This document shows, piece after piece, positions 47,623-56,353 of a stretch of 64,000 nt of DNA. The stretch comes from an uncultured Methanosarcinales archaeon (GTDB taxonomy: Archaea > Nanobdellota > Nanobdellia > Woesearchaeales > ARS49). Within the stretch, counting starts at the first letter, position 1. Every line of letters begins with the position of its first letter. The notes beneath the pieces were generated by a model. That model saw only the letters and a list, made by a program, of their open reading frames with translations, ran no database searches and was not told the origin of the DNA. The stretch covers positions 262,424 through 326,423 of the forward strand of contig CAYGYR010000001.1 of the NCBI GenBank assembly GCA_964354285.1, in the 5' to 3' direction. Position numbers and translations under genes: made by a program.

Positions 47623-48650
47623 CAGAACTCACCAAGGCTTTTCTGCTGCCTTTTTTCCTTCTGCTTTAGAAGAGGAGCAAGACTCCTCTCAACCCGCTCT
47701 GTGCTGAAATCATGCTTGTCAACAAGGAACTTCATAAGTTTCTCCTTGTCAGGATAACCAAACTTTATAGCATACTCATTTGTGGTATGCTCCTTCTTGA
47801 AGAGATTAAAGATATCTGTCCACGCAAAATCAAAATAATCATCCCACTTAACCTCTTTAAAGAGCTTATCAAAATCATTGTGCTGCTTGACAAGCTTTAT
47901 CGCGGTTTTTGGGCCGATTCCTTTTATCCCTCCAGGATTATAATCTGTCCCGACAAGAATCGCGAGAACTATCAGCTTATCCTGGTCTATGCCAAGATGG
48001 TTAAGGTTCTCTGCAAGATCAATAAGCTCTGGCTTTACTGTTTCATAGCTCAAGGCACCGAGCTTTTTCCTTTTTCCCGCAATTGAGAGGTTGTGGATTG
48101 CACGGTCTGCGCCGTATAGCAGGCTGTCATAATCCTGGCTAACAACGGCCCACGCATCGCCTCTTTTCACGAGATGAGACGCCTGCGCCTCTCCCTCACA
48201 AGGGGCCTGAACAACAGGGAGGCCAAGAAGATTTATTAGCTCTTTTGCCTGCTCAACCATATCTGCAGTCAGTGTTGCAAACCTGCCCCCATACTTCTTC
48301 ATTGCCTCAATGTCTTCTTTTGACATTGCCTCCTCGTATTTCAGCCTTGCCTCATGCTTAACTTTTGCCCTTTTTTCAATCGTTAATGCTTTAAGGACGG
48401 GCTTTTCACCGTCAAAAACAAAAACTGGCTTGAGGCCTTTTGCCATGAACTGGGTTGTCCTGCTGAAGAGACCGATCAAGTGCGATGTTACATTGCCTTT
48501 GCTGTCCATCAACGGCTTACCATCAGGAGTGCGTATTGTTGTCAAGAACTGGTAAAGCATGTTAAAACTATCAACTGCAAGAACTTTTCCCTTCAACTCG
48601 TCAATGCTTATTTCCCGCATCAACAACAAATCCTTGATATTAACTCCCAT
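47622..48650 (-). CDS. fen: Flap endonuclease FEN-1.
   Basis: It has N and I nuclease domains, a helix-3-turn-helix (LVGTDYNPGGIKGIGPKTA) and a C-terminal PIP-like motif QKSLGEF. Confidence 0.9.
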   Translation of the reverse strand: MGVNIKDLLLMREISIDELKGKVLAVDSFNMLYQFLTTIRTPDGKPLMDSKGNVTSHLIGLFSRTTQFMAKGLKPVFVFDGEKPVLKALTIEKRAKVKHEARLKYEEAMSKEDIEAMKKYGGRFATLTADMVEQAKELINLLGLPVVQAPCEGEAQASHLVKRGDAWAVVSQDYDSLLYGADRAIHNLSIAGKRKKLGALSYETVKPELIDLAENLNHLGIDQDKLIVLAILVGTDYNPGGIKGIGPKTAIKLVKQHNDFDKLFKEVKWDDYFDFAWTDIFNLFKKEHTTNEYAIKFGYPDKEKLMKFLVDKHDFSTERVERSLAPLLKQKEKRQQKSLGEF

Positions 48651-49740
48651 CTAACATCTTGACTGCAATGCCTTTCAGCTCTTTTGCGATTTCCTGAGCC
48701 TGCTTTGTAAGCTCTCCTGGAGCAATCACGAGCACAGGAAGCTTTTTCAACTGGCCCTGCACAAAAGCACTGCTTAAGTCAGCCTCACTAACTCTTTTTT
48801 TGTTTTTTGCCTTGCAAAAATAAGTCAAGGAGCCAACAACTGAGTTAAGCTCAACAATAAACTCATAATCTGTTTTCTTCTTAACTGTTTTTTGCTCAAG
48901 GACTTTGATATTATTCTTTTGGAAAAATCTCATTAACTGCCTGAGGAAAGGATCTGATGAATCAAAGCCAGGCACATAGCTCTCAGCAGCTGCTTTTATT
49001 GCGCTAGGCATTTCAGCAACAAAAGCTTGTTTTTCTTCCTTGACTTTTGTTTCTGTAATCTTTTCTATTTTTTCTTTTTCAATTCTTTCTCTCTTCTGCT
49101 GGACAGGAGCTTTCTTTTGAATCTCTCTAACAAGTTCTTTCTCCTCAGCAGGAGCCTCGACAAGCTTTTTCTGCCTTGCGGCACGTTTTGGCCTATCACT
49201 TTTGAGTGCGTCTGCTGGCTGAATCTGCTGCTCAACAGCTTGCTGCACAGGCTCTTGGGCCTGCTCTTGCACAACTTTTGGCTCAGGCAGTTTAGGCGCC
49301 TCTATATTCAGTATCTGCTTGATTATCACTTCTGCCTCTGAATCAAGAAGAAGATACCATTTCCAGAAAATCTCCTTTTTGTCATTAAGCGTGACTTCCA
49401 GAGGCCTTGAGAAATCTTTTATGCTCTTTATTGAAACCCTCGTCAGAGGGTCAAGCGTATCCTCTCTCAGCACTTTCTTTTCTTTCAGCAAGTCATACGC
49501 TTTTTTGTCTTTTTCATTAAGGCGGTCCGTATAGTTCTGCAGCTGCGCGCCCAGCTCAGGAATGTAATATAATGGAGAGCTGCCCATCTTAAGATTAGAC
49601 ACCTTGAGCAGGTCTTTTGACGCGAGCTCAGAAAGCATTGCAGAGGCAAACAAGGAGTTTGTGTTAAGCGCCTTTGCAACCTGGACGGGAAGAACTGGGG
49701 CAATCTTTGCCATCGAAAGTATTCTATCGCGATAATCCAT
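48640..49740 (-). CDS. Hypothetical protein with an N-terminal winged-helix domain and a Q/E/P-rich linker. It overlaps the fen start by 11 nt.
   Basis: A wHTH-like N-terminus (ILSMAKIAPVLPVQVAKALNTNSLFASAMLSELASKDLLKV) is followed by a low-complexity PEPKVVQEQAQEPVQQAVEQQIQP segment. Confidence 0.45.
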   Translation of the reverse strand: MDYRDRILSMAKIAPVLPVQVAKALNTNSLFASAMLSELASKDLLKVSNLKMGSSPLYYIPELGAQLQNYTDRLNEKDKKAYDLLKEKKVLREDTLDPLTRVSIKSIKDFSRPLEVTLNDKKEIFWKWYLLLDSEAEVIIKQILNIEAPKLPEPKVVQEQAQEPVQQAVEQQIQPADALKSDRPKRAARQKKLVEAPAEEKELVREIQKKAPVQQKRERIEKEKIEKITETKVKEEKQAFVAEMPSAIKAAAESYVPGFDSSDPFLRQLMRFFQKNNIKVLEQKTVKKKTDYEFIVELNSVVGSLTYFCKAKNKKRVSEADLSSAFVQGQLKKLPVLVIAPGELTKQAQEIAKELKGIAVKMLDGS

Positions 49741-49797
49741 GAATAAAGCAAATAACGAGTGAGTATAAATAAATTATGGTAGTATACTTAGACAAGA

Positions 49798-50337
49798 TTA
49801 CGGCCTAATCCACCTGACTTCCCAGTAGCTCACGTCACCCTCGTCATCAACAACGCCAATCATCAGCTTTTTCTTTGTGCTGTGGGCAACCCTGTTTTTA
49901 GCAGCAAACTCCTGCCAAGTTAGCGCATTTGACTCGTGAACAGGATATACAATCCACTTTGCATGGTCCTCTCCTGGCTTCACGCCGCGCTCATAAATCC
50001 TGAAATCAGCACCAAACTTCAGGGCGGTTTTTATGATATATCCTCTGCTTCTGATATCACTAAACACCTTATACCTTACCCAGAAATTCTTTTCAAGGCG
50101 AGACGCTTTTTTCATTACACTTTTTTCACTTATCTCCTTACTCCTGCCATCAATAAGCTGGAGCTTGCCTTTTTCTACAAGATACATGGCTTCAAGAAGC
50201 GAAAGCTGAACCCTGTTGTCAGGAAGAAGAGTGCCATATCTGCTTTGGTCAAAGAGCTCCTTGGCTTCTCCAGAGCACTCTGTGATGACTCTTCCGTTCT
50301 CAAATACTGCTTTGATGTTTGCTGGTGTTTTTGCCAT
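49798..50337 (-). CDS. endA: tRNA-splicing endonuclease catalytic subunit EndA.
   Basis: It has GADFRIYERG...HAKWIV catalytic motifs and is about 179 aa. Confidence 0.85.
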   Translation of the reverse strand: MAKTPANIKAVFENGRVITECSGEAKELFDQSRYGTLLPDNRVQLSLLEAMYLVEKGKLQLIDGRSKEISEKSVMKKASRLEKNFWVRYKVFSDIRSRGYIIKTALKFGADFRIYERGVKPGEDHAKWIVYPVHESNALTWQEFAAKNRVAHSTKKKLMIGVVDDEGDVSYWEVRWIRP

Positions 50338-50392
50338 TATTGTGCTTTAAAAAGTGCACATTTAAAAAGGTTTTTATATTTATTGAGACTAA

Positions 50393-51292
50393 GTGATAAA
50401 AATGCAGCTAACCATACTCGGAACATCAGCAACAGTGCCCACAAAAGAGAGGAATCACTCAGGATACCTCTTAACATATGATGCAGAGGGGTTGCTGTTC
50501 GACTGCGGAGAGGGAATACAGAGGCAGATGAAGATAGCTGGAATCAGCTTCTCAAAAATAACAAAAATACTAATCACACACTGGCACGGAGACCACATGC
50601 TCGGCCTTCCTGGGCTTTTGCAGAGCATGGCCATGCACGAGTACACAAAAAACCTGCACATCTATGGCCCACCGGGCTCTGCAGAAAAATTCAAGAAACT
50701 TCTTGATGCATTTGAATCATCATACCGAATAGAGGCAGTAATGCATGACATAAAAGAAGGCATGATACTTGACAACAAAGACTTCTATGTAGAGGCATAT
50801 CCTCTATCTCACAGCACAAAATGCTATGGCTACAGGTTTGTTGAGAAAGACAAAAGAAGAATAAATATGAGCGCCATAAAAAAAATGGAAATACCTGAGG
50901 GGCCGTTGATAGGAAAACTGCAGCAAGGCCAGCCCATCCTTGTGAAAGGAAAAAAAATAACACCAGACATGGTCTCAACACTCACAAAAGGGCGTGTTTT
51001 TGGCTACATATCTGACACGAGGCCAAGCAAAGGATGCAATGACATTGCAAAAGACGCTGATGTCCTGCTCTGTGAATCAACCTTTACATCTGACGAGAAA
51101 GCAAAAGCAGAGGAATACAAGCACATGACTGCTGAAGAGGCAGCACAGATAGCATCACAGAACAACGCAAAAAAACTGATACTCACTCATTTAAGCGCGA
51201 GATACAAAGACACGCACGTGCTAGAGACAGAGGCAAGAACTGTCTTTGATAATAGCTTTGCAGCAAAAGACTTCATGAAAATAGTATTCTAG
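50393..51292 (+). CDS. rnz: Ribonuclease Z, a metallo-beta-lactamase-fold tRNA 3' endonuclease.
   Basis: It has HxHxDH (ITHWHGDHM) and an RNase Z exosite-like region. Confidence 0.85.
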   Translation: MIKMQLTILGTSATVPTKERNHSGYLLTYDAEGLLFDCGEGIQRQMKIAGISFSKITKILITHWHGDHMLGLPGLLQSMAMHEYTKNLHIYGPPGSAEKFKKLLDAFESSYRIEAVMHDIKEGMILDNKDFYVEAYPLSHSTKCYGYRFVEKDKRRINMSAIKKMEIPEGPLIGKLQQGQPILVKGKKITPDMVSTLTKGRVFGYISDTRPSKGCNDIAKDADVLLCESTFTSDEKAKAEEYKHMTAEEAAQIASQNNAKKLILTHLSARYKDTHVLETEARTVFDNSFAAKDFMKIVF

Positions 51293-51300
51293 AAAAAGAC

Positions 51301-51531
51301 TCACCGCTGCTTTACAGCTAGCTTAATGTCTTCTGACTTTACTGTTTTTCTGCCAGCATGCTCTGCATAACGAATTGCATCCTTTGATATTTTTTCAACA
51401 ATCTCTTCAACAACCTCTTTCATCGCAGTCTTTGCCTTATCACTAACTCTTTCTGCTCCTGCCTGCTTGAGGATTCTTTCCATTGCAGCAAGCGGAATGA
51501 GCCTTTTTGTTGAATCTGACACGTATTTCAC
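51301..51531 (-). CDS. Archaeal histone of HMf type with a short N-terminal extension.
   Basis: RLIPLAAMERILKQAGAERVSDKAKTAMKEVVEEIVEKISKDAIRYAEHAGRKTVKSEDIKLAV aligns to the HMfB histone fold. Confidence 0.9.
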   Translation of the reverse strand: MKYVSDSTKRLIPLAAMERILKQAGAERVSDKAKTAMKEVVEEIVEKISKDAIRYAEHAGRKTVKSEDIKLAVKQR

Positions 51532-51610
51532 CTTATTTGGCAGAAAGGGGATTGATTATTTAAATTTTTCCAAGGCAAAGTATTTATAGGAAAGCAGCCA
51601 AGCAAAATGC

Positions 51611-52003
51611 ATGAGCCACAAAAGCAAAGGAATCAATGCCGAAAGGGAAATAATCCATTTACTCTGGAGCATACCTGGGTGGACTGCATGCAGGGTAGCT
51701 GGCTCAGGCTCGATGAAGTATCCCTCACCAGACATAATTGCTGGGAATGAGAAAAGAAAGCTGGCAATTGAGTGCAAATCACTGAAAGGAAAATACCAGT
51801 ATTTTGAAAAAGATGAGATTGAGCAGCTAAAAACATATGCCAGGCTTTTTGGCGCAGAACCTTGGTTTGCACTACGGTTTGATAGAGACAAATGGTATTT
51901 CCTGAGACCAGAAGACCTAAAAGAGACTGAAAACCTGTTTACTGCATCAATAGATACCGCCAAAGAAAAAGGCAGATCCTTCGAGTCATTTATAAGCTTA
52001 TAA
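51611..52003 (+). CDS. hjc: Holliday junction resolvase Hjc.
   Basis: It has GINAEREIIHLL...RVAGSG...SPDIIAG...IECKS, the PD-(D/E)xK Hjc motifs. Confidence 0.8.
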   Translation: MSHKSKGINAEREIIHLLWSIPGWTACRVAGSGSMKYPSPDIIAGNEKRKLAIECKSLKGKYQYFEKDEIEQLKTYARLFGAEPWFALRFDRDKWYFLRPEDLKETENLFTASIDTAKEKGRSFESFISL

Positions 52004-52189
52004 GCCAACATAATCCCTTTTTGTTAAATAGATTAAACGAAAGGTTTAAATACAGAAAAAACGGTATATAAGGAATTCTCTAAATTTATTTTGGAGAGTG
52101 AAGACAGACATATGAATCGAAAGAGAAAAACAGCGCACGGCAAAATAAGCGAAAAAACAACGCCAAAATCAGACGCAAACAACAAACAC

Positions 52190-52690
52190 ATGAAGCTGCC
52201 TGACGAGGAAATAGAAGACGTCGTGAGCAAGGTCGCGGGCGAGGACGTAGTCAGGCTAATTAAAGCTCTAAAAAACAAGAAAAATGTTTCTGAGTTTACG
52301 CTTGCAGATTCAATAAAAAAAGAGATTAACCTTACAAGGAACATGCTTTACAGGCTGTATGATTCTAGCCTTGTTTCTTTCATCAGAAAAAAAGACAAAA
52401 AGAAAGGATGGTATATCTACTACTGGACATTTAACACAGACCGCATAAAATACCTCGCGAAACAGATAAAGAAGCAGAGACTTGAGCAGTTAAAAGAAAG
52501 GCTGGAGAGGGAAAAAAGCTCGAGCTTTTTCACCTGCAAAAACCAGTGCATCAGGCTAAACTTCGAGCAGGCAACTGACTTTGAGTTCAAGTGCCCTGAA
52601 TGCGGAGAGCTTTTAGACCAAGTCGACAACACGCAGAAAAAAGCAGAGCTGGAAAAAGAGATAAAGAAGCTGGAAAAAGAGCTTAAGTGA
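52190..52690 (+). CDS. tfe: Transcription factor E alpha (TFIIE-alpha homolog). Whether the start is 52091 or 52190 is uncertain.
   Basis: It has a winged helix (VVRLIKALKNKKNVSEFTLADSIKKEINLTRNMLYRLYD) and a zinc ribbon (CKNQCx13CPECGE). Confidence 0.7.
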   Translation: MKLPDEEIEDVVSKVAGEDVVRLIKALKNKKNVSEFTLADSIKKEINLTRNMLYRLYDSSLVSFIRKKDKKKGWYIYYWTFNTDRIKYLAKQIKKQRLEQLKERLEREKSSSFFTCKNQCIRLNFEQATDFEFKCPECGELLDQVDNTQKKAELEKEIKKLEKELK

Positions 52691-53510
52691 AGAGCCAAGG
52701 CATTTCTTGTTCTAAAGAAGCAACAAAAGAAGAATGCTCGTAAATGCCGATCTCTGAAATTATTCCAGTTATACTGCCCGGAGATACCTCTTCTTGCTCA
52801 AGCAAATGGTAAATCGCACTGCCCCTCTTACTGGTCTTATAAGAAGCTAATGAGAAAACAGGTGTAAAAGACATTGCTGGTGAGCAAATGTAAACAGGAA
52901 TATTGCTGCCTTGCGCTATTTCAGCAACCAGCTGGCTTCCAGCGGCCTGTATTATTTTATCTGCCGTGATTGCACGGCATCCCATAACAACAAGGTCTGC
53001 AGTTTGCACAGCAGTCTTCACTGCACTGTCTGGAAAGCATTGAAACTTGATTTTGGCTTTATTGAGCTCTGAAACCAGAAAAGCATTTGATGAAACTGTA
53101 AGGATATCAAATGCCTTTTTTTTCATTGCAGACTGCAGAATCTCAAAAAGCAATCTGCCATCTCCGTGAACAAAAACAACCCCTCCTTTAGGGATTTTTT
53201 TCAACACAAATTCTTTAATTGCAGAATCTGCAGAACCAATTGATTTTATCGCGTTTTGAATCCTAAAAAGGTAGAGAGATTTAAGTTCTAGTATATTTCT
53301 GTTGCCTGCGGAGGCAAAACAATATTTCAGCACGTTATCAAGGTAAGGCTCATGTATTTTGGACTCTGCCTTGGCAAACTCTGAGATGTTCTTCTGAAGC
53401 AAATCAACAGACTCAAGTTTAGGATGAAGAACTATCACCTTTAACCTATTCAGGCAATCCAAAGAAATATCTCTAGCATCTTTAGCAGGCATTTTAGCGG
53501 GAAAAAGCAA
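52683..53510 (-). CDS. eIF-2B alpha/beta/delta-family protein, aIF2B-like and related to ribose-1,5-bisphosphate isomerase.
   Basis: It has a Rossmann-like core (VVFVHGDGRLLFEIL; DLVVMGCRAITADK). Confidence 0.55.
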   Translation of the reverse strand: MLFPAKMPAKDARDISLDCLNRLKVIVLHPKLESVDLLQKNISEFAKAESKIHEPYLDNVLKYCFASAGNRNILELKSLYLFRIQNAIKSIGSADSAIKEFVLKKIPKGGVVFVHGDGRLLFEILQSAMKKKAFDILTVSSNAFLVSELNKAKIKFQCFPDSAVKTAVQTADLVVMGCRAITADKIIQAAGSQLVAEIAQGSNIPVYICSPAMSFTPVFSLASYKTSKRGSAIYHLLEQEEVSPGSITGIISEIGIYEHSSFVASLEQEMPWLFT

Positions 53511-53518
53511 GCGGGTTT

Positions 53519-53722
53519 TTATTTTTTCCGCCTTATTGTCTTTTCAATTTTTAGTTCTTCCTTTAAGATTTTGTGGGCAACATTATCAATATGCATCTCG
53601 ATGCGCCCTATTCTTCTTTCCATAAGCACAAGAATTCTTAGGCTGTAAACAATTGCTGCGAGCGTGCCAACAACAACAGCAAGAGTGATTCTTAAAACTG
53701 CATCCTCAACCATATTCAACAC
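53519..53722 (-). CDS. Small single-pass membrane protein of 67 aa.
   Basis: It has a hydrophobic helix LAVVVGTLAAIVY. The call is weak. Confidence 0.25.
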   Translation of the reverse strand: MLNMVEDAVLRITLAVVVGTLAAIVYSLRILVLMERRIGRIEMHIDNVAHKILKEELKIEKTIRRKK

Positions 53723-53890
53723 CTCTTTTGATTTTAGAGAATAAAATAAAAAGGAGTATAAAAATGTTTTTATTTAATTACTTCAAATAAGCAGAAAGCT
53801 CCGCATTGAAGTGCGGATATGAAGGCTTTTTGAAGTTTAAAATCCGAATGCTAAAGCTCCAGGCTTTAGTTGGAGATAACTCGGATTTTT

Positions 53891-54682
53891 TTACTTGCCT
53901 TTGGCCCAAAGCATGTTAAATATGTTCTCAAAAGCCTTTGCAAAGAACTCTGTATTCACCCAGACACCAAAATCATTGTTTTGGTTGGCGCTTTCATCAA
54001 GAGCCATTAAAGTCACGGCTTTGCTGTCAATAACACAAAACCTTGCCTTGACATCATCGACGTGCTTGATCTGGCCATATTTTGAGAGTGATGCTGCAGC
54101 ATCCTTGTTTGTTTTTGTCAGAGGCGCTGCAATTCTTATTCTAACGCCTTTAGCTTTAGCTTTATTAAGTGCATTTTTCAGAGCTTCCTCTTTCAGAAGA
54201 AGCGTTTTCTCTGTCGCAAGAATTAAAACACTTTTCTCTGCATTCTTTATAGCTGCACTGAGATGAGAATAAAGGTTTCCCCTGCCTTTTACTGCGCCAG
54301 TTATATCCATTGGATCAACAAGCTCCAGGCCTGTCGTATGGATTGTGTTTAATTCAGTAAGAATTTCTGAATCTTTAAGGTTATCGAGCAATTGTGACTG
54401 CTTTTCAGCATCATCCTGAACCACTTTTTTAACTCTTTCAAGAACTTCTACTGGAGGAACCGCAATGTATTTTATTGGCTTTCCCAGCTTCATAATAACA
54501 AAACCTTTTTTTTCAAGGCTCTCAAGAACATCATAACTCCTGCTCCTTGGAACATTAGCGATATCAGAAAGCTCGCCAGCTGTAGCAACACCCCTGGAAA
54601 GAAGTGCTGTCCATAACTTTGCTTCATAGCTATTTAAGCCAAAATCCTTAAGTTTGTTTAAAAAATCCTTTTGAACTAACAT
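53891..54682 (-). CDS. trmB: TrmB-family transcriptional regulator, a paralog of 32725..33528.
   Basis: Its wHTH is near-identical (ELSDIANVPRSRSYDVLESLEKKGFVIMKLGKPIKYIAV). Confidence 0.8.
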   Translation of the reverse strand: MLVQKDFLNKLKDFGLNSYEAKLWTALLSRGVATAGELSDIANVPRSRSYDVLESLEKKGFVIMKLGKPIKYIAVPPVEVLERVKKVVQDDAEKQSQLLDNLKDSEILTELNTIHTTGLELVDPMDITGAVKGRGNLYSHLSAAIKNAEKSVLILATEKTLLLKEEALKNALNKAKAKGVRIRIAAPLTKTNKDAAASLSKYGQIKHVDDVKARFCVIDSKAVTLMALDESANQNNDFGVWVNTEFFAKAFENIFNMLWAKGK

Positions 54683-54699
54683 TGAAAATCCCTCCGAAA

Positions 54700-55132
54700 T
54701 TGAGTTTTTACGTTTTTTGCGTTTGTTACCATTACACAGGTGTGAAAAGTATTTAAAGCTTTCTGTTTTAGGCGGCTTTTATGACCCTGAGACCATGATT
54801 TCGCATGGAAAAAAGAGATATCTTTGCTGTATGACTTGACGAGTTCACTTTAGTTTTTATATTATATATTATATTATATGCATTGGTTTTTATATATTAT
54901 ATTATATTATTTTTTATATAGAAAAATAATAATAAATAATAAATAAATAATAAATTAATATATAAAATTTGTCTTAACAGATTTTTAATACATAATACCA
55001 ACTACACAATCTAACATAATTGTTGCAGTTAATGCACAAGTATTGTTTTATGATTAGTTAAATTTCTATAAGAAATCAAGGGGTAGGGCCAAATGGAAAA
55101 ATATAAATACCTCCCTTTCGTTTGGAACTTTT
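54700..55132. other. Candidate chromosomal replication origin (oriC). It has an approximately 95% AT unwinding element with tatattatat-type tandem repeats (54850-54960), repeated TGGAAAAA / ORB-like elements, and an ORB-like ttccaaacgaaagggagg element on the minus strand at 55111-55130.
   Basis: It sits immediately upstream of orc1/cdc6, which is followed by polD small and large. That is the arrangement known for Pyrococcus oriC. The region contains mini-ORB-like GGAAA cores and an extreme AT tract. Confidence 0.5.
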
Positions 55133-56344
55133 ATGTCTGAAAGGGGGCTGGTGGATTATTTTGAAAAGTTCTTAACAAGGGAGCCATTGTTCAAAAATAA
55201 GTCTGCACTGCAGTCAGCATACTGCCCTGAAAAAATTTTTCACAGAGAAGACCAACTACAAGCAGTAGCAAACATCCTTGCTCCATGCTTAAGAGGGGAA
55301 AAGCCATCAAACCTTTTTATTTACGGCAAAACAGGCACAGGCAAAACACTCACAGCAAGATATGTTTCAAAGCAGTTGCAAGTCATAGCAGAGGAAAGAG
55401 AGCTTTTAATCAAGATAATTTACCTCAACTGCAAGCTGAAAAAAGTTGCTGACACAGAATACAGGCTAATTGCCCAGCTTGCAAGAGAGCTTGGCACACA
55501 GATTCCACCAACAGGCCTACCTACAGATGAAGTTTACAACATATTCTACAGGATTGTTGATAAAGAAAAAAATATAGTCATACTTATCCTTGATGAGATA
55601 GACCAGCTTGTCAGCAAAGCAGGAGATGAAATGCTTTACAATCTAACAAGGATAAACTCAGAACTTAAGCAGGCGCAGATATCTATTGTAGGAATATCAA
55701 ACGATCTCATTTTCACAGAAAATCTTGATCCTAGGGTCAAGAGCTCGCTTTCAGAAGAAGAACTTGTGTTTCCGCCATATAATGCACTGCAGATACAAAA
55801 CATACTCCAACAGAGGGCAAAAGAGGCATTCAAAGACGGCGTAATAGAGCAGGGAGTGATAGAAAAATGCGCTGCATATGCTGCCAGAGAGCACGGCGAT
55901 GCCAGAAGGGCACTTGAATTGTTAAGGGTTGCAGGAGAGCTTGCAGAAAGGCAGAATGAAACAAAAATCATGCTCAGCCACCTTGACAAAGCAGAAGAAA
56001 AAATCGAGAAAGACCGCGTGCTTGAAATGGTAATAACACAGCCAAAACAATACCAAGCAACACTATACTCAATTTACCTGATTTGCGAACAGAAGAAAAA
56101 ACTTATTTTTACAGGAGAAGTTTATGAGCTGTACAAGAAGATATGTGACAAGACAAATTTGAGGCCGCTAACACAAAGAAGGATTTCTGACATTATCTCA
56201 GAAATGGACATGTTAGGCATCATAAACGCAAAAGTTATCTCAAAAGGGCGCTACGGCAGGACACGGGAGATCAGCATCTCAACTCAAGAAGAACTCAATC
56301 CTAAAATCAAAAAAATACTTGAAGAACAGCTTGGTTTTGCCTAA
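55133..56344 (+). CDS. cdc6: Orc1/Cdc6 replication initiator.
   Basis: It has an AAA+ domain (GKTGTGKT; ILDEIDQL) and a C-terminal winged helix. Confidence 0.9.
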   Translation: MSERGLVDYFEKFLTREPLFKNKSALQSAYCPEKIFHREDQLQAVANILAPCLRGEKPSNLFIYGKTGTGKTLTARYVSKQLQVIAEERELLIKIIYLNCKLKKVADTEYRLIAQLARELGTQIPPTGLPTDEVYNIFYRIVDKEKNIVILILDEIDQLVSKAGDEMLYNLTRINSELKQAQISIVGISNDLIFTENLDPRVKSSLSEEELVFPPYNALQIQNILQQRAKEAFKDGVIEQGVIEKCAAYAAREHGDARRALELLRVAGELAERQNETKIMLSHLDKAEEKIEKDRVLEMVITQPKQYQATLYSIYLICEQKKKLIFTGEVYELYKKICDKTNLRPLTQRRISDIISEMDMLGIINAKVISKGRYGRTREISISTQEELNPKIKKILEEQLGFA

Positions 56345-56353
56345 GCTTCTAAA

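Noticed and set aside
54840-54960. Possible CRISPR array or mobile element in the AT-rich tandem repeat.
   Set aside because: The repeats are simple (tatattatat / aataataaat) with no spacers and no flanking cas or transposase genes. An origin DNA-unwinding element is the more parsimonious reading.
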